A DNA stretch of 64,000 nt, taken from contig JAAOMT010000523.1 in NCBI GenBank assembly GCA_016748015.1, forward strand, positions 444,565-508,564, written 5' to 3'. Positions 51,501 to 64,000 of the stretch are shown piece after piece. The DNA is from Geosiphon pyriformis uo1. Its lineage: Eukaryota; Fungi; Glomeromycota. Made by a program: the position numbers and the translations under genes. Numbering within the stretch: the stretch's first letter is position 1; every line of letters starts with the position of its first letter. The notes beneath the pieces were generated by a model. It did not search any database and was not told the DNA's origin. It saw nothing but the letters and a program-made list of their open reading frames with translations.

Positions 51501-52110
51501 CACCATCGATGCTTGGACTGACAACAACCAAAGTGAGATGCCACCAATTCTAGATTGGGAAGAAAAGAACAAGAAAAAAGGGAAAGGAAGAGAAGAAAAC
51601 ATATCTAAAAAAACCACTACTACAGAAAAAATAACTAGTGGCTGGGAAAGGGAATACTTACATGAACCAATAAAAGAGTTGACAAAAGAGTCACTATACC
51701 AAGAGTTGACTAAAAAAACTTGGAATTGGTGGATACAACAATTTCCAAGAAACTATTGTTATTTTTATTTGGGACAACACATAAATATCCAGAATCTATA
51801 TACAGATAAAACAAAGTGATTATTTGATACAAGAATACTACAACAATTAGAACATTTTGTGGGAAAGAACAACTTATCCATACAGGCCCGAACCATATAC
51901 CAAATACACACAGCATTTTAGGATCGACCAGAAATCTTACTCAACAAAGCAATAGATATGGTTACCAGTAATTAATTAAAAAAGATCACCAATGCTCAAT
52001 TTAAAGAATTACAGATTCAAATAACACAAGTAATTCTCGAAAATGAAATTCAGGAAATACTTCAAGAAGGAGAATTAACAGAGTTAGATTTCGATGGAAC
52101 TCAATATTAA
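48541..52110 (+). pseudogene. Gag (capsid + CCHC knuckle) - aspartic protease - unknown C-terminal region, one reading frame with nonsense transitions
   Basis: Capsid-like PIAKLDNF...AQIWL...ADSWY...KQGDTEAVITY...QFIRGL; knuckle CHNCGKQDHIRADC 50287-50328; protease IKLILDNRSAGSII (DSG>DNR, 50995-51003) and ALIKNDWL. The ORF pieces at 48541, 49753, 50587 and 51304 and the stop at 52108-52110 all share one frame. Confidence 0.88.
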
Positions 52111-52123
52111 AAGGAGGGAATAA

Positions 52124-52991
52124 TGTTACTTATAGAAATATAGGGAATATATATTAGCATAGTTATTAACCAATCAGAAATAGACATAGTAAAATGTGGA
52201 ATTCCAAGATTCCTTTCAGAAATTGCAGGATTCCAGGAATTACAGAATTCTCACAAAGAATTGCAAGATTTCAGAATTCCAGGATTCCTCTTAAAGGAAT
52301 TGCAGAATTCCAGGAATCCCAAGATTCCTGTTGTGAAAAATTGAGGAATTGAAGAATCTCAATTATGTATATATAGCAGTAGGATTAGAAGCTAAAAAGA
52401 CAGACCTTTCAGTTTAGATTTCATTTAGACAACTTTCCAAATTACAAATAAATAACTGTTTGTTATCTCAAACCTGCTGCCACTATCAACACTTCATGTT
52501 GATAGTAATTGATACTTAACTACACTAGAACAATAGCTCTTGATCATGGCTATTAATAGAATACTAACTTGCAAATCACCTTGGCTTATTTTTTTTTTCT
52601 TTATTTTCTTTATTTTCTTTATTTCTTGCTTTGATTTTATTGTTGTTTACTAACTCTATTGAGAATTAATGCATGGGGTACTGACATCAGGATAAACGTA
52701 ACTGGTAAAAGATCCAGAAATAAGGGTAGAATACTCGATTGAAGATAGCTTACCAAGAGAAATACCAGCCATCAAGCTAAGAAAAAAATTGATAAAACTG
52801 TGGTTTTGGGAAGCTACAGATAAAACTATTACCATTGAATCTCTGTCTATTATACAAAGAACTCAATCAAACCCTTCGGATACAAACCTTTTAGACACAA
52901 ATCTTCAGATTACTATCAACTGCAACTAGATTTAAGCACCAAGTTACGAGTTTGTTATTTAATCTAACACCAGAAATAGTTACCTGTAACA
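52124..52991 (+). repeat. 3' LTR of element 1 (868 bp)
   Basis: Direct repeat of the 5' LTR; preceded by the PPT and followed by the TSD. Confidence 0.95.
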
Positions 52992-55900
52992 ATACTTAAT
53001 AGTTGGTTTTTTTTTTAAAATTTTTTTAATAAGTACTACAATAAAATTTAATAATTAAACTATTTTTTTATTTAAAATACAATAAGTTTTTATTAATAAG
53101 AATAATTTTATTGTATTGTTTAAAAAATTGCTTTTTTTGTTTTTTTTTTAGATTAATATTAATAATGAGTTAATTTAAAAACTATTAATTTTTTTTATAA
53201 TTTGGTTTATAAATTTTGGTTTAAATTTTATAAGCAAATATTTCTAAAAATTTAAAAAGTTTTTTGTTGTAATTTAATTATTTGTTTAAATTAAATATAA
53301 TTTCCTAAAGTATAATAATATAATAAAGTAATTAAAAAAAAAATTAAAATTTTTTGGTAATTTAATATTTATTTTAATTATTGTTTTAAAATTTTTTTAA
53401 GTAGTTTTTTATATTATATTGACAGTTTATTGAAATAATTTCAATTAAAAATATTTTTTTTTGTGTAAATAATAATTTTTTATTTAATTAAAATTTTCTT
53501 AATAATAATAATAAATAAATTTATAATTCTTAATAAAATTTTGTTTTAATTTTTATAATATTGATTACTCTTTTTAAGTAATAGTTAATTCGAAATTAAA
53601 AATAACAAAAAAATTAGTTTTAGTTTTAATTATTTTTTTAAGAATTCTAAAATTTTATTAAAATATTAATATAAAACTTTTTTTAAAGATAAGTAATCTT
53701 ATTTAAAATTTTTAATAATTATTATTTTGATTGATAATAAAATATTTTATTTTTGTGAATTTTATATTTTATAAGTAACACTAAATATTATAAATAATTT
53801 ATTTAAAAAAAGTATTGTAATTTTTAATACTAAGTTATAAAATATTAATCTTTAAAAATCTTTAGATGTTTAAAAATCTTTATAATATTTAAGTTTATTT
53901 ATTTATTTATTTATTTATTTAATAAGTACAGACCAATTATTATCTAATATACAAAAACAAACTAAGTAAATCTAACCAAATGTAACTTATATATTTACTA
54001 CATGTAACTAGCTACTTAAATTAATTAAGACAATACTATATACTTATATATACTTTAGTATTATTATAAATACTTAAAAAAATAATAATAAGTTTTATAC
54101 AAACCAAAACTTACAGTAAATAATTCAACAATACCAAGCAAATAAATGATGTTCACTAACAGATTACTAAACATATTATTAGAGAAAGAAGAAATTACTC
54201 TCTTATTATTAACTAGACTACTCTTTTCTATATTCATCCTGAATTTTACTCTGAATAATTACAACTCATTTCAATGCTTCTTAGCCAAGCATTTTGCAAA
54301 ATCAACTAACACTAATACTGTTTTTTTTTTATTACCAAAAATTGTAACTGTTTTATTTATTCAATCCTTGAAAATAAAATCTTTGCATAAAGCCACATAA
54401 ATACTAACATTTAATATTTTAGAAAAGAGAATATGCAGCACTAAAAACAATAACAAAGAACATTCAATTACCAAAAACTTTTACAATTTAATATGGTCCA
54501 ATAAAATCTCAGAACATGTATCTGTTTTTTTTAAGCAAGTAAAAACATAATTAAATGGCTTAACATTATCACATATTAAGCACAAAACTTCAGAATAATT
54601 TTTGTTATAAAGTCTTTTCTTAATAGCAACTAGCAGTTTTTTATTAACTGTTTTTATCAAATATGTGCAGAAGACAGCTAAAAACTTGCTCATAAACTCT
54701 AAAAACATATGTGAATTTAAATGCCAAACTGTTACAATAATTGCCTAATCTATATCATTAATTATTGTCTTATTCATAATTTTAACACCAGAACCAGCTT
54801 CTCATTAATCATAGCAAACAGTCTAATAAATATCCTAAACAAAATAATGACTATTTTTTAATACTACTCAGTCATCAGCCACAAAAAATCTTTTATAAAT
54901 CTTTTTAAAAAAAACAAAACCAAAGTGTGTTATATTATATATAAAAACATCAGCTCTGTTATTACCAGCATTTTTCAAATGACTTTTAATCTTTACTTAT
55001 TTAACTAAAATATTTTTGGTTTTGATTAAATTAGTTATGTGATGTTTTTTTATTCAGCATTTGTTCTAAAAATCCAGCAGATGTAAATTGAGTTCCAAAA
55101 CATATGAATTTAATGCTGTTTAACTATCCATATAAACAATAACCAAAAAAATAAAGATACATCTCTAATACCAAAACAATTACCTGGAGCTTTATTAATA
55201 TCAAAGAAAACAAACTATGTATCTTAATGTTTATATTTATCTTAATATCAAAAAAATAAGCTGTTTTTCTACCTGCAATCTTAGCAATACTCAACTGTTT
55301 CAAAAAACCATCTATGTAAATATTAAATAGATCAGTTCATAGTTTATATAAACACTTCCAAATATCTAAAAAGCCACTTAAGCAAATGACATCTAAGCAA
55401 CCAAAGGCAAAAACAATCTCAACAAATCCAACAGAAAGACTATTTATGTAAATTAAGGCTTTTTTAAATCACAAAGACACTAAACTTCTAGAACTTAATT
55501 TTTTTCAGTAATGAAAAGTGTTTTAATTTACAATCAATCCATGCTTATTCAACAATTTATTATCAAAGACAACACCAGAATGCTTGAAAAAAGGAAACAC
55601 ATCATAATAAAAGAAGTCTTCTAAGATTTTAGACATAGAAAAATAATCAGTATCATAAAACACATTGAACAAATTATTGATCAAAGAAATTTTGTTGTTC
55701 AAAAAATTTTTTATAATACCTGCTAAAAAATTATTCACAGGACTAATTCTTAATCTAACAGGATATTACAAAAAATTTATTGGAGTTCACCTTAAGACTT
55801 GTAAATCCAAAAACCAATGCTCAAATAATTAGCTAAGAATATTAAATGTATTAGAAAACTTAATTAGTGAAACAATTTTGTCTTTTGCTTATATTTGTTT

Positions 55901-58900
55901 AAATGTTTTTAGTCTATAAAGAGAAAAATAATGCAAAGTTTTATTAGGAAAATTTTTTTGCTGGTTGGCTTTAGACTTAAATTTTTTTCTTAATATAATA
56001 TCTTATTTCTAATACATATTTTTAAACACATAATTGAACTGAGTCTAATAATTAATGATAGGTTATAGAATTGCTGAAACCAGATAAACAAATTGTTTAT
56101 TAGACAATATTTTTCTAAGAATTAAATTAAAAAAAAACCTAATATTCAAATACACTCTGACAAAACTGGACTTAGATAAATTTTTTGTTGACAAAAAGAT
56201 ACCTAAATATCTGTAAGCTTTGCTATATTTAGCTATAAAAATTGGATGACCATTAATGAGCAAAAAAGCATTTATAATTCTTTAATTAATGAGAATTATT
56301 ATAGTCTTATTATTATTAATAAAAATATTATTAATCTCAAAGAACTTACAAGCAATATCCAAAATATACTGTGTAGAAGCCTGATCATTACTCACTCAGA
56401 TTGTATTATTAACAAATAATCAGTTGCAAAAAATGAAAATCTACTTCTGTCCACCTCTAATTTGCCTATTTTTATTACAAAATTTGTGTTAATTCTATAT
56501 CTACACAAATGCTTTTGTCTTTTAACTTTGTATAATAAAAAGTTATAAAAGATTTTCTACAAAAGTAGTAAGAATACTTCATTCTAATTCAGCTTATTTA
56601 ACATTTTGTATCTATTTAAAAGACCAAAATCAGTCATTATTTTGTTGATATTGTTCATGTATATATTTCCAAAAAACTTAATAAACTTGTTATATATTCT
56701 TATATATTTTAAGTTAGCTTTTAAGTGCCACCATCCAACTAAGTTGTAAGTTTTATGCATGTTCTGAAGAACTAGCCAAACTTCTTGACTTTTTTTTAAA
56801 GCAATCTCTACTATTAATTCAACTATAAACATAAAAGATTGAGTCAAAGTATTCTTTAAGACTAAAAAGTTATTATTTTAAAGAACATTACACTTAATAC
56901 AAACAGACCAGATACAATCTAACAGAATCTTAGAAAATATTTTTTTAGCTATTTCAATTAAAGAAATAGACTGTGTGTTTATTAAAATGCTTTTTCAATT
57001 ATAAAGTTTAAGAATTATTAAAACTTATATTTTTTTTTAAAAAATCAGAATATTGCTAAGCACTAAACAAGAATTTAACAAACTTAACAAGCAATCTAAT
57101 ATTTCATTACTATAATGCTTCCAAAGTTCATTTAATATACTTAACAAACCAGCTGCCTTGTCATTAGATATGTCATAAATTACCAAAACCAGTTCATACA
57201 TACTGATTTTATTTAAAACATCAAAAAAAGTATTATTTTTTATGTAATTTAATAATACATATTGTTAAGACTAAATAGTAAACAGTACTGAAAGCATTTT
57301 GCATTTTCTTATTTAATCTACCATAATTTTATTAACTTTAAGCTTTATCTTTTTTAGTTTCAAAATCAACTCCTTTCCAATTACCAAATAATTCAAAACT
57401 ATCTTATAAAAAAACCAATTCAAAACATTTTTTATCATGTTTTTTTTGTCAAAACTGAAATTTTTCATTTGTTTCTCAATTATTTTTTTAATGGCTGTAT
57501 TTCTGACAACTTTTAACTCATAGTATTTGAACTTTTTATACTTTTTTCTAATCAATAATAAATACTTAAAAATATTTACTGAAACCACACTATTCTAAAT
57601 CATAATATTAACTTTGGAAGTCTTTTTATTATCAATCATTAACCATTTTGTGAAAAGACAATTATACTTAAAGCAATTGTTTATATTTAATTTTTTTATA
57701 ATCCTAACTATTAGCAATTCTAGTTCAAGAAATTTTAATAAATATTTATTTTTTAAGCACTCAAATTCACTAAACTAATGTTTAAAAAAAGTAACTTTTG
57801 TTAATTTTATCATTACTTCTTTTAAATATTTTTATATGTTATTCAATATATTAAAATCTTTTGCATTCACAAACCTATTTACTACTAAAAATAGTTCAAT
57901 TGAAACATATTCTATGAAATAGGTTTATTTGGCATTATTTGTATTTTTAAAATTAAACTTTTAGTGATTCTTGTTTGTCTGTTTGTGAATACTATTTAGG
58001 CATGTATTCAAAAGACCTTTTAAATCAACTAAAACTATAATCATCTTATGATCTGTATCAAAAAATTCAGAAACAGCATTAATTTTGCATATTGTAATTG
58101 TTAAAAACAAGTTTTCATTAACAAAAATATAATCAATAATCTTTTTGGCTCTCCTAAAATTAGTCTAAATAGAAATTTTACCAGAAAATGTCTCTTAAGT
58201 AAATTAATCAGACTTATATTCAAATATTTCTTAAAACTTGCATTTTTTTTAAAACTATTTTCATTGAAATTACTGTTTAAAACCACAAAAGAGCTGGAAT
58301 TCACAGCTTTAAAAATAACTAGGTTGATATTAGAAGCTTAATTAAATTGCTTACCAACAGATGCACCAGTATATAAATCTAAAATCGTGACTAAAAGCTT
58401 GTCTTTGAACAAAAAACATATTGAAATTAAATAACCAAAAATCTTTTTTATTTTTAAAATGTGTTGAGCTAGAAAACTATTTATAATTATGGTCATACCA
58501 TGCCTAGAAAACTCATATCCAAATTAGAAGTAAAAATCCAAATCTTATCAAACTTATTTATAATTTATAGCCTAATGCTAGATCTTAGTTTTGTTTCTAT
58601 AATAATTGAAATCATATTTCTTAATTTTATATACCAATAAACAATATTTTTTTGCTTTGCAAGAATATTAATATTTTAAACATTGTATATAGCTATTTTC
58701 TATATTAAGTCTGTTATTGTTGAATAGAATTGTTCAAGCCTAAACTTTTATTGTTCACTTTGATTAGCAGATCCATAACAATAATTAATAGATTATCTAT
58801 CTTATCTTTAAACTTCTTAATAGTTGTTAAATTTAGAGTTCTTACTTTTGCAACAGTTTTACCATCAGTAGTTATACTCAAACTCTTATTCATTACTATA

Positions 58901-60332
58901 TCTGCTCCTTAATTTTGTGATAAAGAGATTACCAATAACTAATATCTAGGGCTAGACTGGAAAATTATTGGTTTAAGTGCATCTAATCTTTTAATCAGCT
59001 TGTCAATTTGCCCTATAAAGCTGGTAAAACAATACTTAAGAATAGCAAACCCAATATTTATGTTTTCAAATATAAGCAAAAAAAGTTTCACTTCTAAAAA
59101 AAAACTATTATTTGTTGAACCAATTTGTCTAAGAAAAAGGAAAAAAAAAGATCTATTAACAATTTCGGCTTAAAAAACATTATTAAAAGAAACAAAATAT
59201 ATAATAAGTGTTAAATATTTGACATAAATAATGACTAATCTGTTTTTATTCATTTTTAACAACACTTTGCAAAGTGCACTACCAGAAAAATTTTTTTACC
59301 TACAATACAGTCCAATGATGTATGATTTAAACATTTATACTTTGCATATTTGGCAGATCTTAAATAAAACCAGCACAAATAAGTGCCTCTTAATACTAGT
59401 GTAATTTTTATGGTAGCATTTAATGAATTGGCAGACTTAAAACAAATCACAGCACATCTAGTTTGAACATACAAAACTGGATAAAAATTCATTGTGCATG
59501 TTTTTTTATTCACAAAACCAATAAAGTTCCAGATATTATGAATATTTGTTCTTATTGGCAATATATAAAGCAGCATTCTGTTAGAATATTTTGCATTTCA
59601 TGTTTCTTTGTTTATATTGGCTTTAGCAATATACATAATATCTTTTTTAATTAGGATAAACTATTTTGCAGTAGTTAAAACAGCATAATCTAATTGATTA
59701 AACTCTACTACAGTCTTTTGTTATAGTCTTACTAATTGTATTTTAATTAGCTTAATGATGTTAAATTTGAAAAATACAGTATATACAGTCTTAGCCAACA
59801 TCTTAATTAGAATTTTTTTTACCACCACAGCTTAATCTAAACATATTGTTAATTTTTTAAAATTAGTATTTATTAAAATTTTCACATCTCTAATTTTTTT
59901 AGAAACCTGTACTAAGCTTAAGTCAAAAGTGAATGTTATCTTGATAATTCTAGCAAATTTTAAAGAAGTAAATGTTTCTTTAAAACCATTAATTATGACA
60001 AATAAATTTATCTTCAAAAAACTTCTCAACAATATTATTCAGATTAATATCTAAAATAAATAATTTTCTGCCAGAAATATTAACCAGATTTTTCAAAGAA
60101 AGTAGAAGAGTTGGCAGAATATTCAACAAGATATTATTATTATTATCATTCAAAAAATTGATTTTTCTTAATGGTATTCCTAATACTTTTTTAGTTTTTA
60201 TTTATGAATTCTTTGGTATTTAGTTAAAGTTTTTCTTATTAGAAATGTTTCCTTCACTATAATCAAAACTGGTTTTCTCTATTAAACATTCTTTTTTTAT
60301 GTTAATACTATCAGATTCAGTAATGTTACCAG

Positions 60333-63300
60333 TGTTACTTATAAAAAGTAGAAATTATAATAATAAGTAAAATAGCGAATTAGAAATAGGCATAATAAAA
60401 TAGAGAATTTTAGGATTCTCTTAAGGAATTACAGAATTTCAGAATTCTAGGATTCTTTTAAGAAATTGCAGAATTTTCTAAGAATCTTATATAACATAAA
60501 TTATATATATATAACAAAAGTATTAAAAACAGAAAAAGTAATTTCAGAAGAATTCAATAAAGTTCAAATTAATTTAAAACAATACCTCTTCTTTCAAAAA
60601 ATAGTTTTTTATAACTTAAAATAAAATCATTTCCATATTAATAAAATTATTTATTATTATTAAATCTATGTTATTATTACTTAATTAATAATATATTAAT
60701 TACTTTCTTACTATCAACACTCTATGTTAATAGAATTTAATACTTAACTACACTGGACCAATAGTTCTTAATCATGGCTATTAACAGGATACTAATTTCT
60801 TATTTTCTTTTTTTATTTTTATTTATTTTTTTTATTTTTTATTTTTATTTTGTTTTATTTCTTTGTTGTTTACTAATTGATTAAAGGAATTAAGTACAGA
60901 ATATTTAATGTCAAAGATAGTCTGATAAAAAATCTGGAAATAAGAGTAGAAATTTAAAAATAGTTTACCAAAAAAGCATAACTGCCAAAATAAACCAGCT
61001 ATCATACTAAAGAAAAAAATTTACAAAAAAAACCATTAATTGAATTTCTGTTTATTATACAAAAATTCAACCAAAATCTTCAGATCACAAAATCTTCAGA
61101 TATTACCAATATTACCAGCTATTAAATATCAAGTTACAGATTTGTTTTTGTTTTAATACTCTAAATAATTACCTATAATATTTGGTGTTTTCTGTGAGAT
61201 ATAATCCAACAAAAAATCAGCATTAACATTAACCAAAAATTAAAAAAATACTTAACTAGCAATCAAGCAATTTATTAGCCTTCACAATATTATAACAATT
61301 AAGAAAACTCTAATTGTTTCAAAAATTAATCACATTTTTTATTAGCAAATTAATTATAACAACAAAAAACACATAATTGTCACTATTATAGTAAATAAAA
61401 TCATCTAAAAGCAAATTGCCATTTTAGATTTAATAACCAACAATCAAAAAATCAATATTAAAACTCTGATTACAGATTTCAAATTCTGAATTAAATTCTG
61501 AATCAAAAACAATATTAATACCAGTCTCATTACACTCAATAATACAATAACTAATATATATACCTTTAGTTTATTAGATTCTAGCACCAGTAATTTATTA
61601 ACCACAGCCACAAGTAATTTATCAATTCCAATTAATTCAAACACCACCCTAAAATTTAGCTCAAATAACAACTGAAAATCAAAGACTAAGAATTACATAT
61701 ACTCAATAGGACTGACAATTAGCAATAGTAAGACACTAACTAATTCCCAGTTTATTAAATCAGTTATCAGAATCATGTCAACAGAGTTTGGAAAATAAGT
61801 ACACCCAAAACCCGAATTCTTAGAACTATTTAAGTCTCTTAGTTACTCTAGAAAACAACCTATTCAACAACTTGGAAACCAACCCAATATCACTTATCAA
61901 CAATATTCTATTAACAATAATCACTAAAGACAAATTACTTGTAGTTATTTTCTTTTTTAAATTAGAAAAATTTTCAACAATGCTTCTTTTAAATAGAACC
62001 ACTCTTGATGCCAAATTCATTACAGCTAATAAAGCAACCAAAACTTCTATTGACAAAATTAATGACTTTTCTTTTGAAGTTAATAGTATTATTATATTCA
62101 TTAAGATTCTTATTATAGAAGCTACACAGTATCAGTTCTTGTTAGTAACAACTGGCTGTCCAAAACCAATGTGATGTTTAACTGAAATACTCAGAAGCTA
62201 TAGCTCAATCAAAATAGTTAGCAAACTTGGGTACCTGTTATCTGTGGCCACTTCAAAACAAATACTACTATCTAATTATCATTAATTAAGTTCAAAGAAG
62301 AAAAAAAAACCTATCTGGAAAGTTTATTAAGTCTTATGGACTGAAGATAAATACAATATACTATCACTGATACTTTTTTGGGACAACAAGGAAAAAAAAT
62401 AAACAAACTACAAATTACTATTTTTACAGAAAAAACAAATAACAGTTGGCACATTCTATACTTATTAGAACTAAGAAAAGAACTATTTTATTATCAAGAT
62501 CTAGTACTTACTTGAAAAAAACAAGAGCAGTGTTTAGAATAATTAAATACTAGACTATGTAAACATTGCCTAATTTTTTATAACTTCGAATATTGTGATG
62601 ATTGTGATCTTATTCACAATCTGTTATTACACATAATCTATTTAATTTCCAAAAAAAAAACCAATTAGCAGTTGCACTTTGGAATTAGAATCAAAATTTA
62701 ATCACAATTTAGACTCTAATAATAATGACAACAATGATTCCAATTCTGTTTACAATGACAATAACAATAATAATAATTTAAACTTTAATGAAAACTTCAA
62801 ATAATATATCTTGCTTTCAAATTTTTTACAAAAGCAGAAACTTAAATGGTTTAGTGATAATAATGAGAATATTATGTCAGAACATGTGCATAATATCAAT
62901 ACAGAGTTTAATCTCAGATATTTGAAAAAAACTGCTATTAGATTGGAATCTTATTCACATATTAGTATAGATTTAAGAGATTTAGGAGATCTCAATAGAG
63001 CTTAATATTAAAAAAAGGGAATAATATTATTCATAAAAAGTAAGAATTATAATAATAAGTAAAATAACCAATCAGAAATAAACATAGTAAAATGAAGAAT
63101 TTCAGGATTTTTTTAAGGAATTACAAAATTCCAGAATTCTTTTGAGAAATGGTAAAATTCTTTAGAATTTTATATAACACAAATTATATATATATAATAA
63201 AAGTATTAAAAACAGAAAAAGTAATTCTAAAAAAATTCAATAGAGTTTAAATTAATTTAAAACAATATTTCTTTCTTTAAAAGATAGTTTTTTATGACTT

Positions 63301-63870
63301 GAAATAAAATTATTTCCATATTAATAAAATTATTTATTATTATTAAATCTATATTATTATTACTTAATTAAGAATATATTAATTACTTCCCTACTATTAA
63401 CACTTCATGTTAATAGAATTCAATACTTAACTATACTGGATTAATAATTCTTGATTATAGCTATTAACATAATATTAATTTCTTATTTTTTTTTATTTTT
63501 ATTTTTATTTTTATTTTTATTTTTTTATTTTGTTTTATTTTGTTTTATTTCTTTGTTATTTATTAATTAATTAAAGAGATTAAGTACAGAGTATTTGACA
63601 TTAAGAATAGTCTGATAAAAAACCCAAAAATAAGAGTAAAAATTTAAAGATAGCTTATCAAAAAGACATAACTATTAAAATAAACCAGTCATTATACTAA
63701 AAAAAAATTCACAAAAGAAATCATCAATTGAATTTTTGTTTATTATACAAAAAACTTAACCAAAATTTTTAAACTCTAAAACCTTCAAAAATTACCAATA
63801 TTATCTGCTATTGAACACCAAATTATAAGTTTGTTATTTATTCTAACACCCCAAATAATTATTTGTAATA
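60333..63870 (+). mobile_element. Ty3/gypsy-type LTR retroelement 2, multiply deleted, inserted in ORF1 of LINE 2
   Basis: LTRs 60333-61180 and 63025-63870; TSD CCAG (60329-60332) / TCAG (63871-63874); PBS 61183-61198; PPT about 63010-63021. The internal 1.84 kb keeps an eroded knuckle, a partial protease (IDKINDFSFEVNSIIIFIKILIIEATQYQ), a Cys-rich linker and a dUTPase start. Confidence 0.92.
62874..62978 (+). pseudogene. N-terminal fragment of a retroelement-borne dUTPase
   Basis: MSEHVHNINTEFNLRYL converts to MPERAHDTDAGFDLRYP (trimeric dUTPase motif I, P.RA...DAG.DL) by reversing only C>T and G>A changes. Truncated by a deletion that joins it to the sequence just before the PPT. Confidence 0.75.
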
Positions 63871-64000
63871 TCAGATTCAGAGTTCTAAGAACAACCATTC
63901 AAAGTCTCAATAAAAATTATTTTGTTATCAATACTGTTTATTAAAGCACCACTTTTTTTTTTCAAAAAAGTACTTATTCACTATTACTACTAAAACTTTG

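Larger units (their letters stand above)
47612..52991 (+). mobile_element. Ty3/gypsy-type LTR retroelement 1, non-autonomous (gag-protease-extra ORF; no RT, RNase H or integrase)
   Basis: LTRs 47612-48481 and 52124-52991 with TGTTAC...GTAACA termini; 4-bp TSD ATAC (47608-47611 and 52992-52995); PBS TGGTGCTCTCTGTGAG 48484-48499; PPT AAAAGGAGGGAA 52109-52120. Confidence 0.95.
53894..64000 (-). mobile_element. Second LINE (APE-RT-RNase H), related to LINE 1, convergent with it; ORF1 interrupted by LTR element 2 and running off the window
   Basis: Minus-strand ORF2 relic from about 58717 (eroded MTDLIWKIATCNV) with NFNE, WLVLQNMHKTYNLVGW, FVNNTI* (56396-56416), YRYLGIFL, RNase H IYIDGFL and CLICDNVKPFNYVFTC. 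Its 3' UTR matches LINE 1 and ends in a (TAAA)n tail (53894-53920). ORF1 relic 58750-60332 continues at 63875-64000. Confidence 0.9.

Overview
Eukaryotic, very AT-rich fungal DNA with spliceosomal introns and three N-gaps. The MATA-type HMG-box gene, the F-box-like family and the LINE/Ty3-gypsy families resemble Glomeromycotina (arbuscular-mycorrhiza lineage, Geosiphon-like); this placement is from recall, not a search. Layout: (1) 1.1-9.5 kb: nested DNA-transposon relics (an intron-containing pogo/Tigger element inside a hAT relic, then a probable MULE relic). (2) 13.4-33.1 kb: host-gene island with an intronless MATA-type HMG-box gene, a tandem triplet of an uncharacterised F-box-like gene with Tc1 relics in the spacers, and a 6-exon NmrA-like gene. 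(3) 33.7-64 kb: retroelement nest with two convergent APE-RT-RNaseH LINEs, a solo LTR, and two internally deleted gypsy-type LTR elements with 4-bp TSDs, one retaining a dUTPase fragment. The strongest signal is a two-stranded, broad-context C>T/G>A hypermutation. The twin LTRs of one element differ by about 80 transitions and 1 transversion (manual count). It erodes the retroelements but spares near-identical tandem host genes, so it is RIP-like but not obviously classical RIP. Other notable items are a flipped hairpin loop between twin LTRs, an in-frame Gag-PR-ORFX non-autonomous element, and gene-conversion-like mosaicism in the triplet.
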